Below are positions 29,498-39,008 of a DNA stretch of 64,000 nt, piece after piece. The notes beneath the pieces were generated by a model that saw nothing but the letters and a program-made list of their open reading frames with translations, ran no database searches and was not told where the DNA came from. Position 1 is the first letter of the stretch; each line of letters starts with the position of its first letter. The DNA comes from a bacterium (GTDB lineage: Bacteria; Cyanobacteriota; Vampirovibrionia; Gastranaerophilales; Gastranaerophilaceae), in NCBI GenBank assembly GCA_017941035.1, contig JAGAXG010000038.1, forward strand, positions 129-64,128, in the 5' to 3' direction. A program made the position numbers and the translations under genes.

Positions 29498-30196
29498 TTA
29501 TTCATCAATTTTATTATCTTTTTTAGAATAATCCTGTGATATATAATCAGGATCAAAACCGGATAATTCAGCTAAACGATAACACGCTAAACCGTTGCCG
29601 TCGTGACAAGGGATTTGAACCCCTGAGAAAGTTTCTTTGTCATTAATATCTACCCAAGCTTCTGAACCTATATCACCGGCATGAATACCTTTATCTAAAT
29701 CATCTTCAGTTATAACTTGCACCTCGAAATAATCAACCCCGACAATGTTAGGTTCTTTTTTACCATTTAAATCAATTGATATAATAACGTCTCCTGTTTT
29801 ATAACAATCACAGCATACAGCTAAACCAACACCGTTTTTTAGTAAAACACTTCCGGAAGTATTTACAGCACCGCTACCGCCTTTGTAATTATAATATGAA
29901 TCAGAAAAACCATCATCATAATCATAAACTTTTCCTGTAGGATCGAAATTTAATAGAAATTTTTTAGAATCAGTACATATATTTGTATTGTTTAAATCAT
30001 TACTTCCGGCTTTAACAAGTTCATTTTGAACTATACTGTTTATATTTGTAACAGTTCCTCTTAATAAAGACATTTTTGATTTATTATTTGCATCTTTTAT
30101 CAATCCGGGAACTACCAAAATTGCTAAAATTCCTACAATTACCAAAGCAACGAGTATTTCACCCAATGTAAATCCTCTTTTTTTATTATTGATCAT
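29498..30196 (-). CDS. prepilin-type N-terminal domain protein (pilin/pseudopilin-like)
   Basis: The ATG at 30196 (MINNKKRGFTLGEILVALVIVGIL) lies 7 nt after GAGGA and is preferred over the ATG at 30250. Family motif DLNGKKEPNIVGVDYFEV. Confidence 0.8.
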   Translation of the reverse strand: MINNKKRGFTLGEILVALVIVGILAILVVPGLIKDANNKSKMSLLRGTVTNINSIVQNELVKAGSNDLNNTNICTDSKKFLLNFDPTGKVYDYDDGFSDSYYNYKGGSGAVNTSGSVLLKNGVGLAVCCDCYKTGDVIISIDLNGKKEPNIVGVDYFEVQVITEDDLDKGIHAGDIGSEAWVDINDKETFSGVQIPCHDGNGLACYRLAELSGFDPDYISQDYSKKDNKIDE

Positions 30197-30255
30197 AAAT
30201 TTATCCTCAATCATATTATTTATTTTAACATTATTTTTCAAAAAGTTCAATCTTC

Positions 30256-30284
30256 TTGACTGTAAATTTTGAGCAAGTTAAAAT
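30256..30284 (+). promoter_or_regulatory. near-consensus sigma70 promoter TTGACT-N17-TAAAAT for the NifU-like/GGGtGRT operon
   Basis: TTGACT lies at 30256-30261, the spacer is 17 nt and TAAAAT lies at 30279-30284. A GAAGGGAG SD at 30302-30309 precedes the ATG at 30317. Confidence 0.5.
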
Positions 30285-30316
30285 TTTAGAGTATATAAGG
30301 TGAAGGGAGTAAAATA

Positions 30317-31018
30317 ATGACTAATATACAAGTTACTCAAGAAATTCAAGAAAAATGTCCTGTAAAACGCGGGGTGAAAGGAAGTCCTGCTCCTATTCCT
30401 CAAGAAGGAGAATGGACTAAATGTAAAGAAATCAAAGATATTTCAGGCTTAACTCATGGTTGTGGCTGCTGTGCACCTCAACAAGGAACATGCAAATTAA
30501 CTTTGAATGTTAAAAATGGCATTATTCAAGAAGCTTTAGTCGAAACTATCGGATGTTCAGGTATGACACATTCTGCTGCAATGGCAGGCGAAATTCTTCC
30601 TGGTAAAACATTACTAGAAGCTTTGAATACGGATCTTGTTTGTGACGCTATTAACGTTGCAATGAGAGAATTATTCTTGCAAATTGTTTATGGTAGAACT
30701 CAATCTGCATTTTCTGAAAACGGATTGCCTGTTGGAGCAGGTCTTGAAGATTTAGGGAAAGGCTTATGCTCTATGTGTGGCACAATTCACTCTACTGCTC
30801 AAAAGGGCGTAAGATATCTTCAATTAACAGAAGGATATATTTTAAAACTTGGTTTAGATAAAAATAATGAAGTTATCGGTTACCAATTTATTAACATGGG
30901 CAAATTCATGGATGCAATCAAAAAAGGTGTAAATCCGCAAGAAGCTTATGATAAAAACATCGGTACTTACGGCAGATTTGCTGATGCAGTTAAATATATC
31001 GATCCAAGAGAAGAATAA
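30317..31018 (+). CDS. Cys-rich NifU/IscU-like protein (partner of the GGGtGRT protein)
   Basis: HGCGCCAPQQGTC and IGCSGMTHSAAMAGE resemble the IscU/NifU N-terminal scaffold Cys motifs. From memory, this type is usually adjacent to GGGtGRT genes. Confidence 0.6.
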   Translation: MTNIQVTQEIQEKCPVKRGVKGSPAPIPQEGEWTKCKEIKDISGLTHGCGCCAPQQGTCKLTLNVKNGIIQEALVETIGCSGMTHSAAMAGEILPGKTLLEALNTDLVCDAINVAMRELFLQIVYGRTQSAFSENGLPVGAGLEDLGKGLCSMCGTIHSTAQKGVRYLQLTEGYILKLGLDKNNEVIGYQFINMGKFMDAIKKGVNPQEAYDKNIGTYGRFADAVKYIDPREE

Positions 31019-31048
31019 GTTAATTAAAATAGTAAAGGAAATAAAAAA

Positions 31049-32053
31049 ATGACAGTAAAATTTGAAGGACAAGATAGACGTGAAGCTACTTTGAAAAAAG
31101 TTTTACCTGAATATGGTTTCAAATCTTTAGAAGAAGCTCGCGAGCTGTGTTTATCAAAAGGCATTGATGTAGATGCTATTGTTAAAGGTATTCAGCCTAT
31201 TGCGTTTGATAACGCATCTTGGGCTTATACATTAGGTGTTGCAATTGCAATTAAAAAAGGAATTACAAACGCTGCTGATGCAGCTGAAGCAATAGGTTTA
31301 GGTTTGCAAGCATTTGCGGTTCCCGGATCAGTTGGCGACAGACGTCAAGTTGGTATTGGTCATGGTAATTTAGGTGCTATGCTTTTAAGAGAAGAAACAA
31401 AATGTTTCTGCTTCTTAGCAGGTCACGAATCATTTGCAGCAGCTGAAGGTGCTATTGGTATAGCCAGAAACGCTGACAAAGTAAGAAAAGAGCCTTTAAG
31501 AGTTATCTTAAACGGTTTAGGTAAAGATGCTGCTTATGTAATTTCAAGAATTAACGGTTTTACTTATGTAGAAACTGAATACGATTACAAAACAGGAGAA
31601 TTAAAAGTTGTTAAAGAAACACCTTTCTCAGATGGAGAAAGAGCAAAAGTTAAATGCTACGGTGCTGATGATGTATCAGAAGGTGTTGCAATAATGATTA
31701 AAGAAGGTGTTGATGTTTCTATTACAGGAAATTCAACTAACCCAACTCGTTTCCAACACCCTGTTGCAGGTACTTACAAAAAATGGGCTATAGAAAATGG
31801 GAGAAAATACTTCTCAGTAGCTTCAGGTGGTGGTACAGGTCGTACATTACACCCTGACAACGTAGCCGCAGGGCCTGCTTCTTATGGTATGACTGATACA
31901 ATGGGAAGAATGCATGGAGATGCTCAATTTGCAGGTTCATCTTCAGTTCCTGCTCACGTAGAAATGATGGGCGTTATTGGTATGGGCAATAACCCTATGG
32001 TAGGAGCGACTGTAGCTTGTGCAGTTGCTGTTGCACAAGCAATGAACAAATAA
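31049..32053 (+). CDS. GGGtGRT family protein (function unknown)
   Basis: Contains the eponymous motif ASGGGTGRTLHPD. At 334 aa it has the typical family length. Confidence 0.85.
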   Translation: MTVKFEGQDRREATLKKVLPEYGFKSLEEARELCLSKGIDVDAIVKGIQPIAFDNASWAYTLGVAIAIKKGITNAADAAEAIGLGLQAFAVPGSVGDRRQVGIGHGNLGAMLLREETKCFCFLAGHESFAAAEGAIGIARNADKVRKEPLRVILNGLGKDAAYVISRINGFTYVETEYDYKTGELKVVKETPFSDGERAKVKCYGADDVSEGVAIMIKEGVDVSITGNSTNPTRFQHPVAGTYKKWAIENGRKYFSVASGGGTGRTLHPDNVAAGPASYGMTDTMGRMHGDAQFAGSSSVPAHVEMMGVIGMGNNPMVGATVACAVAVAQAMNK

Positions 32054-32071
32054 TTTTATGTAATAAAAAAA

Positions 32072-32107
32072 AACAGACTGAATTCAACATTCAGTCTGTT
32101 TTTTTTA
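32072..32107 (+). terminator. rho-independent terminator after the GGGtGRT gene
   Basis: Perfect 12-bp stem AACAGACTGAAT/ATTCAGTCTGTT, a 5-nt loop and a T-run. An A-run upstream makes it potentially bidirectional. Confidence 0.8.
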
Positions 32108-32122
32108 TACTAAAATGTATTT

Positions 32123-32926
32123 ATGAAAAAAATTTACGTAATTACAGGTTCTACTTCAGGAATAGGAAAAGATCTCGTAAAAAGATTTTCAAAAAAAGGA
32201 ATAGTTTTTGCAGGATATCGCAATAAAAATAAAATCGAACAGATGCAAAATGTTATTTATTTCTTTATAGACATGAATAGTAGAGATTCAATTATTAAAG
32301 CAGCTGAATTTATTAAATCTAAAACAAATAAAATCGATACATTGATTAATGTTGCAGGAAGTGTTGAAGCTGGACCTATTGAAGAAATTGATACAAACAG
32401 ATTGAGAAAACAATTTGATGTAAATGTCTTTTCTCACATTGAATTTACTCAAAATCTTATAGAATTGCTTGAAGGCTGTAAAATTATCAATATAAGTTCA
32501 ATGTCAAGTTTTGGTCATTTCCCGTTTATCAGCCCGTATTGTGCATCAAAACGATCATTAGACATATTTTTCAATGCACTCGCAATTGAAAATCATAGTA
32601 ATATTAAAGTTGTATCTGTAAAACCGGGAGTTATCGCTACTCCTATATGGGAAAAATCCGTTTATTCAAATTTAAAATATTTTGAAAATTGCAAAAAATA
32701 TAAAAAAGAACTTGAATTCATAAAAAATAATGCGTTAAAAAATGATAAAAAAGGTTTACCTGTATCAAGAGTTACACAATTAATAGAAAAAATTGACAAT
32801 TCAAAATATCCAAAAGCATCATATACCATAGGTAAAGATGCAAAATTCGCACAAATTCTTTCATTTCTCCCTCAACAATATATAAATGCTATTGTTAAAT
32901 ATGGTTTAAAATGCAGAATGAAATAA
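32123..32926 (+). CDS. short-chain dehydrogenase/reductase (SDR)
   Basis: ITGSTSGIGKDL cofactor motif and YCASKRSL (YxxxK) catalytic motif. Confidence 0.85.
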   Translation: MKKIYVITGSTSGIGKDLVKRFSKKGIVFAGYRNKNKIEQMQNVIYFFIDMNSRDSIIKAAEFIKSKTNKIDTLINVAGSVEAGPIEEIDTNRLRKQFDVNVFSHIEFTQNLIELLEGCKIINISSMSSFGHFPFISPYCASKRSLDIFFNALAIENHSNIKVVSVKPGVIATPIWEKSVYSNLKYFENCKKYKKELEFIKNNALKNDKKGLPVSRVTQLIEKIDNSKYPKASYTIGKDAKFAQILSFLPQQYINAIVKYGLKCRMK

Positions 32927-32949
32927 ATTCGTGATATAATATTTTTGTT

Positions 32950-34713
32950 ATGAAAAATAAAAAGATAGACGAAATTTATAATTTAATTGATAAAGCAGAA
33001 TATGAAAAAGCAAAAGAACTAATATCAAAAGAGGATATTAATGATATTGAAGTCCAAAAACTATTGGCTCTTTGCGATGTAAATCTTGAAAATTACAAAA
33101 ATGCACGTAAAATTCTTGAAGATATCATTAAATTTAAGCAGGATGATGCAATTTGCTGGTATTATTTAGGTTGCTGTTATGACAATTTGGAAGAATTTTC
33201 GGAAGCAAAATATGCATATAATAAAGTTATTGAACTAAGACCTGAATATATTGATGCATACAAAAGCCTTGCTATTTCATATATAAAAGCTCAAGACCCA
33301 CGAAATGCTTTAGACACATTAAAAAAAGCTGAAAAATATATCTCAGAAGATGATTATGCTTTCTACTATATTGCAGGTACTGCATATATGGCTTTACAGG
33401 ATTTTGAAAATAGCATAATTTATATAAAAAAAGCTATTGAACTTAACCCTGAAAATGTTCAACTGCAAAATAATATAGGAACAGCGTATTTAACGCTGGG
33501 CAATTTTGATGAAGCTTTAGAAGCATACAAAAAATCTATTCAATTAGAACCTAATGATTCTTTAGCATATTTCAATATTGCATCCATATACCAAATTAAA
33601 GGAGAACACAATAAAGCTTGTGAATATTTTTCAAAAGCACACGATTTAGAACCTGAAGATGATAATTATATTGTAGCGTGGGCTATTTCTGAATTAAAAG
33701 CCGGCAAAATCCCTGAAGCGACAAATCATTATAAATATCTTTCAGCTTCATATCCGCAAAAAACAACTTATAAGTATAATTTGGCATGCTGTTTGCAACT
33801 TTTAGGACAATATGAACCTGCCATTTCAATATTAATTCAGTTATCGATTATGAAGCCTAAAGCTGTTCATATACTAAAAAAACTTGCCGGTTTATATATT
33901 TTAACAGGTCAACTGCGATTAGCCAAAGAAATGTATGAAAAAATTATCCGTCAAGGGAATACATCTTATGAAATTTATTACGAACTTGCAATGCTTTGTT
34001 TTAAAACAGATGATATTGATAGAGCAGAACAAATTTTGAAAAAAGTTTGCGGGCTAAAACCTAATTTTGCACTTGCACACAAGGATTTGGGTGTAATCTA
34101 TTTAAGTAAAAGACTTTTTGATTATGCGAAGTCAGAATTTGAAGAAGCTTATAAATATGCTCCTGATAATTACTCAGTAGTAATAGAATGTGCTAATTAT
34201 TATCATGCGGTTTCTGATTTTGAAAAAGCTGATGAATTTTATGAGAAAGCAATTGAATTAAATTCTGAAGATACATCCGCATTGGCTTTTTGTGCATTAA
34301 ATAAAACTCATCTTAAACAAATTGACCAAGCTTTATCTTTAATAAAAAAAGCATTAAGTAAATCTATAGCGAGTGCTTTTTTATTCTACATTACAGGAAG
34401 AATTTATTTCCTAGCAAAAGATTACGAACAAGCAAAAGATTATTTAGTTAAAGCATTTGAAATGGAAAAAATTCCTGATGTTCAGAATCTTTTAGGACTC
34501 TGCTACTATAAACTCGGGGATTTTAAACAAGCAAAAATAATATTTAAAAATATGCTAGAAAAAGCTCCTTTAAATGTAAATATCTTATTAAATATTGCTA
34601 AATCGTGCAAAGAACTTGAAGAAAAAGAAGAAGCTCTTCATTATTTAAATACAATAGTTGAAACATTCTCCGATTGTGAAGAAGCTCACGAACTTATAAG
34701 AGAAATCTCATAA
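32950..34713 (+). CDS. large TPR-repeat protein
   Basis: 587 aa of consecutive TPR units (AYNKVIELRPEYIDAY, IKKAIELNPENVQ, YKKSIQLEPNDSLAY and others). Confidence 0.8.
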   Translation: MKNKKIDEIYNLIDKAEYEKAKELISKEDINDIEVQKLLALCDVNLENYKNARKILEDIIKFKQDDAICWYYLGCCYDNLEEFSEAKYAYNKVIELRPEYIDAYKSLAISYIKAQDPRNALDTLKKAEKYISEDDYAFYYIAGTAYMALQDFENSIIYIKKAIELNPENVQLQNNIGTAYLTLGNFDEALEAYKKSIQLEPNDSLAYFNIASIYQIKGEHNKACEYFSKAHDLEPEDDNYIVAWAISELKAGKIPEATNHYKYLSASYPQKTTYKYNLACCLQLLGQYEPAISILIQLSIMKPKAVHILKKLAGLYILTGQLRLAKEMYEKIIRQGNTSYEIYYELAMLCFKTDDIDRAEQILKKVCGLKPNFALAHKDLGVIYLSKRLFDYAKSEFEEAYKYAPDNYSVVIECANYYHAVSDFEKADEFYEKAIELNSEDTSALAFCALNKTHLKQIDQALSLIKKALSKSIASAFLFYITGRIYFLAKDYEQAKDYLVKAFEMEKIPDVQNLLGLCYYKLGDFKQAKIIFKNMLEKAPLNVNILLNIAKSCKELEEKEEALHYLNTIVETFSDCEEAHELIREIS

Positions 34714-34744
34714 TAAAATAAAATTTTTCTGTTATAATTATATT

Positions 34745-35554
34745 ATGGCAACATTTGTTCAATATTTAAAAAAATCTACAACATATAAAATTTATAAAAC
34801 CTTGTCACAAGAATTTGTAAACTTAACTTCTTTTTTGGGACAAATTATACAAATTGCATTACATATGTTGAAGTGTATTTTTAAAAACGGAATCCAGATA
34901 AAAGAATTAATTGTACAAAGCGAAAGATTTGGAATTAGTTCTCTACCTATAACGCTTTCTATTGTAGGAATGACATCTATTATTGTATCTTCTCAAGTAG
35001 CAAATGAAATGGTAAAACAGGGAGGAGCAGATTTTATAGGGCTTTTAATGACTATTTTAATAGTTAGAGAAGTAGGGTCTGTAATGTCAGGATTTGCACT
35101 AACTTCTATGATAGGATCTTCTTTAGCGTCTGAAATTGCAACAATGAGGGTGACTGAACAAGTAGATGCAATTGATGTTTTGGGAGTAGACAGCGTTGGG
35201 CACTTGTTTGTACCAAGAGTTTTATCAGGAATAATAATGATGCCGGCAGTTGTTTTAATTGCATCTTTTATAGGAGTTATTTTAGGTGGAATAACCTCTA
35301 ATGCATTCTCCGGACTTAGTTACAGAGCATATTTCACATCTGTCTGGCGCGGTTTATATATGAAAGATTTATTTATAAGTGTACTGAAAGGAGCTGTTTT
35401 TGGAGGTTCAATTGCACTTATAAGTTGTACATGTGGATATTTTGCCAAAGGTGGTGCTAAAGGGGTAGGTCTTGCTACAACAAGAGCAGTTGTTTGGTCA
35501 TTTATTTCAATTGTTATATGGGACATGATTTTTGCAGTTCTATTTTTCTTTTAA
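34745..35554 (+). CDS. mlaE: MlaE-type ABC transporter permease
   Basis: MlaE/TGD1-like pattern (ISSLPITL...REVGSVMSGFAL...ATMRVTEQVDA) followed by an MlaF-type ATPase. Confidence 0.85.
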   Translation: MATFVQYLKKSTTYKIYKTLSQEFVNLTSFLGQIIQIALHMLKCIFKNGIQIKELIVQSERFGISSLPITLSIVGMTSIIVSSQVANEMVKQGGADFIGLLMTILIVREVGSVMSGFALTSMIGSSLASEIATMRVTEQVDAIDVLGVDSVGHLFVPRVLSGIIMMPAVVLIASFIGVILGGITSNAFSGLSYRAYFTSVWRGLYMKDLFISVLKGAVFGGSIALISCTCGYFAKGGAKGVGLATTRAVVWSFISIVIWDMIFAVLFFF

Positions 35555-35578
35555 GCATGTTTGTGTAAGGATAAAGTT

Positions 35579-36298
35579 ATGAGTATTGAAGTTCGAAATC
35601 TTGTAAAAAAATTTGGCGATAAATCTATAATAGATAATATCTCATTCAAAGTAAATGACGGAGAAGTACTTGCAATTGTAGGATTTTCAGGGTCAGGTAA
35701 AAGTACTGTTTTAAAACTTATTTGTGGTCTTATACCTCATGATGAAGGTCAAATCTTGACTTCAAGCGGAGATATAGCCATGGTATTTCAATATTCTGCG
35801 CTATTTGATTCTTTGAATGTTTTTGACAATATATCATTTGCACTACACGAAAGAAAAGATTTGAGAAAAAAATATTCTGAAGAAAATATAAAAGATATTG
35901 TAGCAAAAAAGCTTGATTTAGTAGGATTGAAAGGTATAGAAAACAAATTCCCTTCTGAATTATCAGGTGGGATGCAAAAAAGAGTAAGTTTTGCCAGAGC
36001 TATAGTTACAAATCCAAATACAATATTATATGATGAACCGACAGCAGGGTTAGATCCTATGTCGTCAACGTTGATTGAAGATTATATTGTTCGTTTAAAA
36101 AATGAAATTAATGCAGCATCTATTGTTGTAACTCACCAAATGTCAACCATTTTAAGAACTGCTGATAGAGTTATTATGCTTTATGACGGAAAAATCGTTT
36201 TTGAAGGTACTCCAACAGATTTACTAAAGCAAGATACCCCATATACCAAACAGTTTGTTACAGCTTCGCTGGAAGGCCCAATGCAGATGAAAGCTTAG
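35579..36298 (+). CDS. mlaF: MlaF-type ABC transporter ATP-binding protein
   Basis: Walker A GFSGSGKST, signature LSGGMQKRV and Walker B ILYDEPTAGLDP. The ATG at 35579 follows AAGGA. Confidence 0.85.
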   Translation: MSIEVRNLVKKFGDKSIIDNISFKVNDGEVLAIVGFSGSGKSTVLKLICGLIPHDEGQILTSSGDIAMVFQYSALFDSLNVFDNISFALHERKDLRKKYSEENIKDIVAKKLDLVGLKGIENKFPSELSGGMQKRVSFARAIVTNPNTILYDEPTAGLDPMSSTLIEDYIVRLKNEINAASIVVTHQMSTILRTADRVIMLYDGKIVFEGTPTDLLKQDTPYTKQFVTASLEGPMQMKA

Positions 36299-36366
36299 TA
36301 AAAATATACATTAAATTAAAGAAGAGTTCATCACACTGCGATTTATAAATAAGGAAATAGCAAAAT

Positions 36367-37608
36367 ATGAAAATGGAAAATTTATTCAATGAAAATATTA
36401 TGGAGCTTGATACATATATTATGGTCAAGTTAAAAGAAAAAACTGCACTTTTAAAAGACAAATTAGTCAATAAAAACAGAGAACCTATTATGCTTTCTAT
36501 GGGTGCACCTACTTCTGCACCTCCTACCATACTTATAGACAAATTGAAAGAATTTTTGACAGAGGATAACATTCACTCTTATTCAGTTACAAGAGGAGAA
36601 ACATATTTTAGAGAAGCTATCGTTCAAAGAATGAAAAACAGATTCGGAGTGAAATTGGATTCTAATAAAGAAGTATGTTCTATTCTCGGTTCTAAAGACG
36701 GGCTTGCAAATTTGATAAGATTTATTATCACCCCGCGACACAACGATAAAGAAAAAGATATTATAATTATTCCTGATCCCGGGTATGCTTCATATTCTCA
36801 AATGATACAAACCTCGGGCGGAATAGCTTTCAGTGCACCATTAACATTTGAAAATAATTACCGGCCTGATATGGAAAAAGTTTTAGAAGATTTAAAAAAT
36901 CAAGGCTATGATGAAAATAGAATTAAAGCAGTTGTAATAAATTATCCAAATAATCCGCTTGGAGTCGATATGACACGTGAATACGCAAAAAGTGTTCTTG
37001 ATTTTTGCAAAAAACATGATATCTTACTTATATCTGATGCTGCATACTGCGATATGTATTACAACGAAGATAAAAAACCTTTCAGCATTTTAGAATTTAA
37101 TGGGGCAAAAGATATTGCTGTAGAGATATTTACCCTTTCAAAATCTTATGCTGTTACAGGTTGGAGATTAGGCTGGATTTGCGGAAATGAAGAAGTCGTT
37201 TCACGTTTTGCTAAAGGCAAATCCACAATTGACAACGGAATTTTTAAAGCATTACAAAAGGCTTGCGCATACATTATGACCTCTGACGAAGGAGATGAAT
37301 ACATTGAAGAAGCAAACCGCGCATACAAACGTAAACAATCAATACTTGTAAAAGGGTTAAGAGAACTCGGCTGGGAAATTGAAAATATCCCTGAAACTAC
37401 TTTCTATTTGTGGCTTCCTATTCCAAGAAAATACAATTCATGCGTAAAATTCTGCGAAGATATGCTTGAAAAATCAGGAATTGTTGTTGTTCCGGGAAAT
37501 GCCTTCGGATCAAGAGGAGAAGGATATTTTAGAATATCTTATGTCTGTTCCGATGAACAATTGCAGGAAGTTATAAATCGTATGAAAACTGACGGGTTTA
37601 AATATTAG
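36367..37608 (+). CDS. class I/II PLP-dependent aminotransferase (possibly LL-diaminopimelate aminotransferase type)
   Basis: NYPNNPLG and LSKSYAVTGWRLGW (PLP lysine) motifs. The specific substrate cannot be told from the sequence alone. Confidence 0.8.
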   Translation: MKMENLFNENIMELDTYIMVKLKEKTALLKDKLVNKNREPIMLSMGAPTSAPPTILIDKLKEFLTEDNIHSYSVTRGETYFREAIVQRMKNRFGVKLDSNKEVCSILGSKDGLANLIRFIITPRHNDKEKDIIIIPDPGYASYSQMIQTSGGIAFSAPLTFENNYRPDMEKVLEDLKNQGYDENRIKAVVINYPNNPLGVDMTREYAKSVLDFCKKHDILLISDAAYCDMYYNEDKKPFSILEFNGAKDIAVEIFTLSKSYAVTGWRLGWICGNEEVVSRFAKGKSTIDNGIFKALQKACAYIMTSDEGDEYIEEANRAYKRKQSILVKGLRELGWEIENIPETTFYLWLPIPRKYNSCVKFCEDMLEKSGIVVVPGNAFGSRGEGYFRISYVCSDEQLQEVINRMKTDGFKY

Positions 37609-37709
37609 ATTATTACTCAATCTATATAAACCCATTATAAGAAATAATTGTAAATACGATTTTGCAGTTTATGCAAATATTTTAAAGTTAGTATTTATGA
37701 ATTGTTTGA

Positions 37710-38489
37710 CTAGATAATATTTGCAAAGCTCAAAAAATATTGTTCAATAACATTCATCAGCATAGGTAAAATCCAAACCATAATTGCAGCTCCCAATACT
37801 GGCTTAAAAAGGAAACTTAATTGGAAAACATTTACCTGAGGAGCAGTTCTCGAAATTACGCCCAAAATAATATCCTGAGCCAGAGTAGCAAGCAAAATTG
37901 GAGATGCTATTTGCAAACCCATATACAAAGTATTTGAAGATAATTTAATTAATAAATCCATATTCGCGAGTTGAGCAAGCGGAATATGAACAGCATAAAT
38001 AGGGAATATTTCAAAGCTTCTCATCAATGCCTTAAAAAGCCAATAAATACCTCCCAGATTAATAAATATTAATAATCCCATCAAAGAAATTATATTACTC
38101 AAAATTGAAACTTGCCCTGAAGATGAAGGATCAAGTGTTGTAGCAGAAGTAAGCCCCATTTGCATATTAATCATTTCCGCTCCGCAATCTACAGCAATAA
38201 CTATAAGACGAGCCATATAACCAATTATTGCACCGACAACAATATTTAAAAATATTGATAATCCAAAAGAATCACATTGGCTTAAAACTTTTTCCGGCGA
38301 AAGCAAAGGTAGTATTGCACCAGTTATCAAAAGAGCGATAGGAATTTTTACAAGAGTTGGAATTTCTTTTCTCGAAAATACAGGAGCGAATCTGAAAAAT
38401 CCAAGCATTCTGGCAAGGATTAATGCTCCTGCCATAACGTAAGAATTAGCCATAGGAAATAATTTCATTAATTCTGCTGAAAAGTCCAT
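37710..38489 (-). CDS. fliR: flagellar/T3SS export-gate protein FliR
   Basis: 259-aa polytopic protein in the fliPQR position. The LARMLGFFRFAPVFS start is typical of FliR/SctT. Confidence 0.85.
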   Translation of the reverse strand: MDFSAELMKLFPMANSYVMAGALILARMLGFFRFAPVFSRKEIPTLVKIPIALLITGAILPLLSPEKVLSQCDSFGLSIFLNIVVGAIIGYMARLIVIAVDCGAEMINMQMGLTSATTLDPSSSGQVSILSNIISLMGLLIFINLGGIYWLFKALMRSFEIFPIYAVHIPLAQLANMDLLIKLSSNTLYMGLQIASPILLATLAQDIILGVISRTAPQVNVFQLSFLFKPVLGAAIMVWILPMLMNVIEQYFLSFANII

Positions 38490-38490
38490 T

Positions 38491-38979
38491 TTATCGTCCT
38501 ATAATCTTTTTAGTCTCTACAAAATCAGGTTTTGGCATCGGATTTTTTGAAGCTCTTGTGTATTTTTGTTTAGAATTTTTATCTACATAAGGAACTTTTC
38601 CAGGATGTTTCATAATATAATCTATATCATTGATATTTTTAAATTTATCTTTCATTTCTCCCGCAAAAGGTGTTGTATATTTATGATAACTTGCATCCAA
38701 GACAAAACTTTCACTTTGAGGAACAGTATTGAAAGCAAGCACTACACCTTCCTGAAATAAATTTGTTAAAAGTCTTATAAATCCCACTCCTCCAATTATA
38801 ATAACAAGAAAAACTCCCAAAATTTTCGGAGCAGCAGCAATTGTCTGCTCTTGAACTTGAGTAACAGCTTGCAAAATACCAACTACCAAACCTATACCAG
38901 CAGCTACTAATACGCAAGGCATTGAAATAGCCAACATTATTAAAAATCCTTTTGCCATATATTCTAGAAGTATTTCCAT
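38491..38979 (-). CDS. fliQ: export-gate protein FliQ with a C-terminal extension of about 73 aa
   Basis: The first ~89 aa match FliQ (GLVVGILQAVTQVQEQTIAAAPKILGVF). The frame then continues 73 further codons, hydrophilic and K-rich, to a stop 1 nt before the fliR ATG. Confidence 0.8.
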   Translation of the reverse strand: MEILLEYMAKGFLIMLAISMPCVLVAAGIGLVVGILQAVTQVQEQTIAAAPKILGVFLVIIIGGVGFIRLLTNLFQEGVVLAFNTVPQSESFVLDASYHKYTTPFAGEMKDKFKNINDIDYIMKHPGKVPYVDKNSKQKYTRASKNPMPKPDFVETKKIIGR

Positions 38980-39008
38980 AATTTAAGACCTCATAAAATT
39001 GTAAAACA

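Noticed and set aside
32017-32226. A 69-aa + strand ORF bridges the end of the GGGtGRT gene and the start of the SDR gene.
   Set aside because: It reads straight through a perfect 12-bp-stem terminator and overlaps two well-supported genes in other frames.
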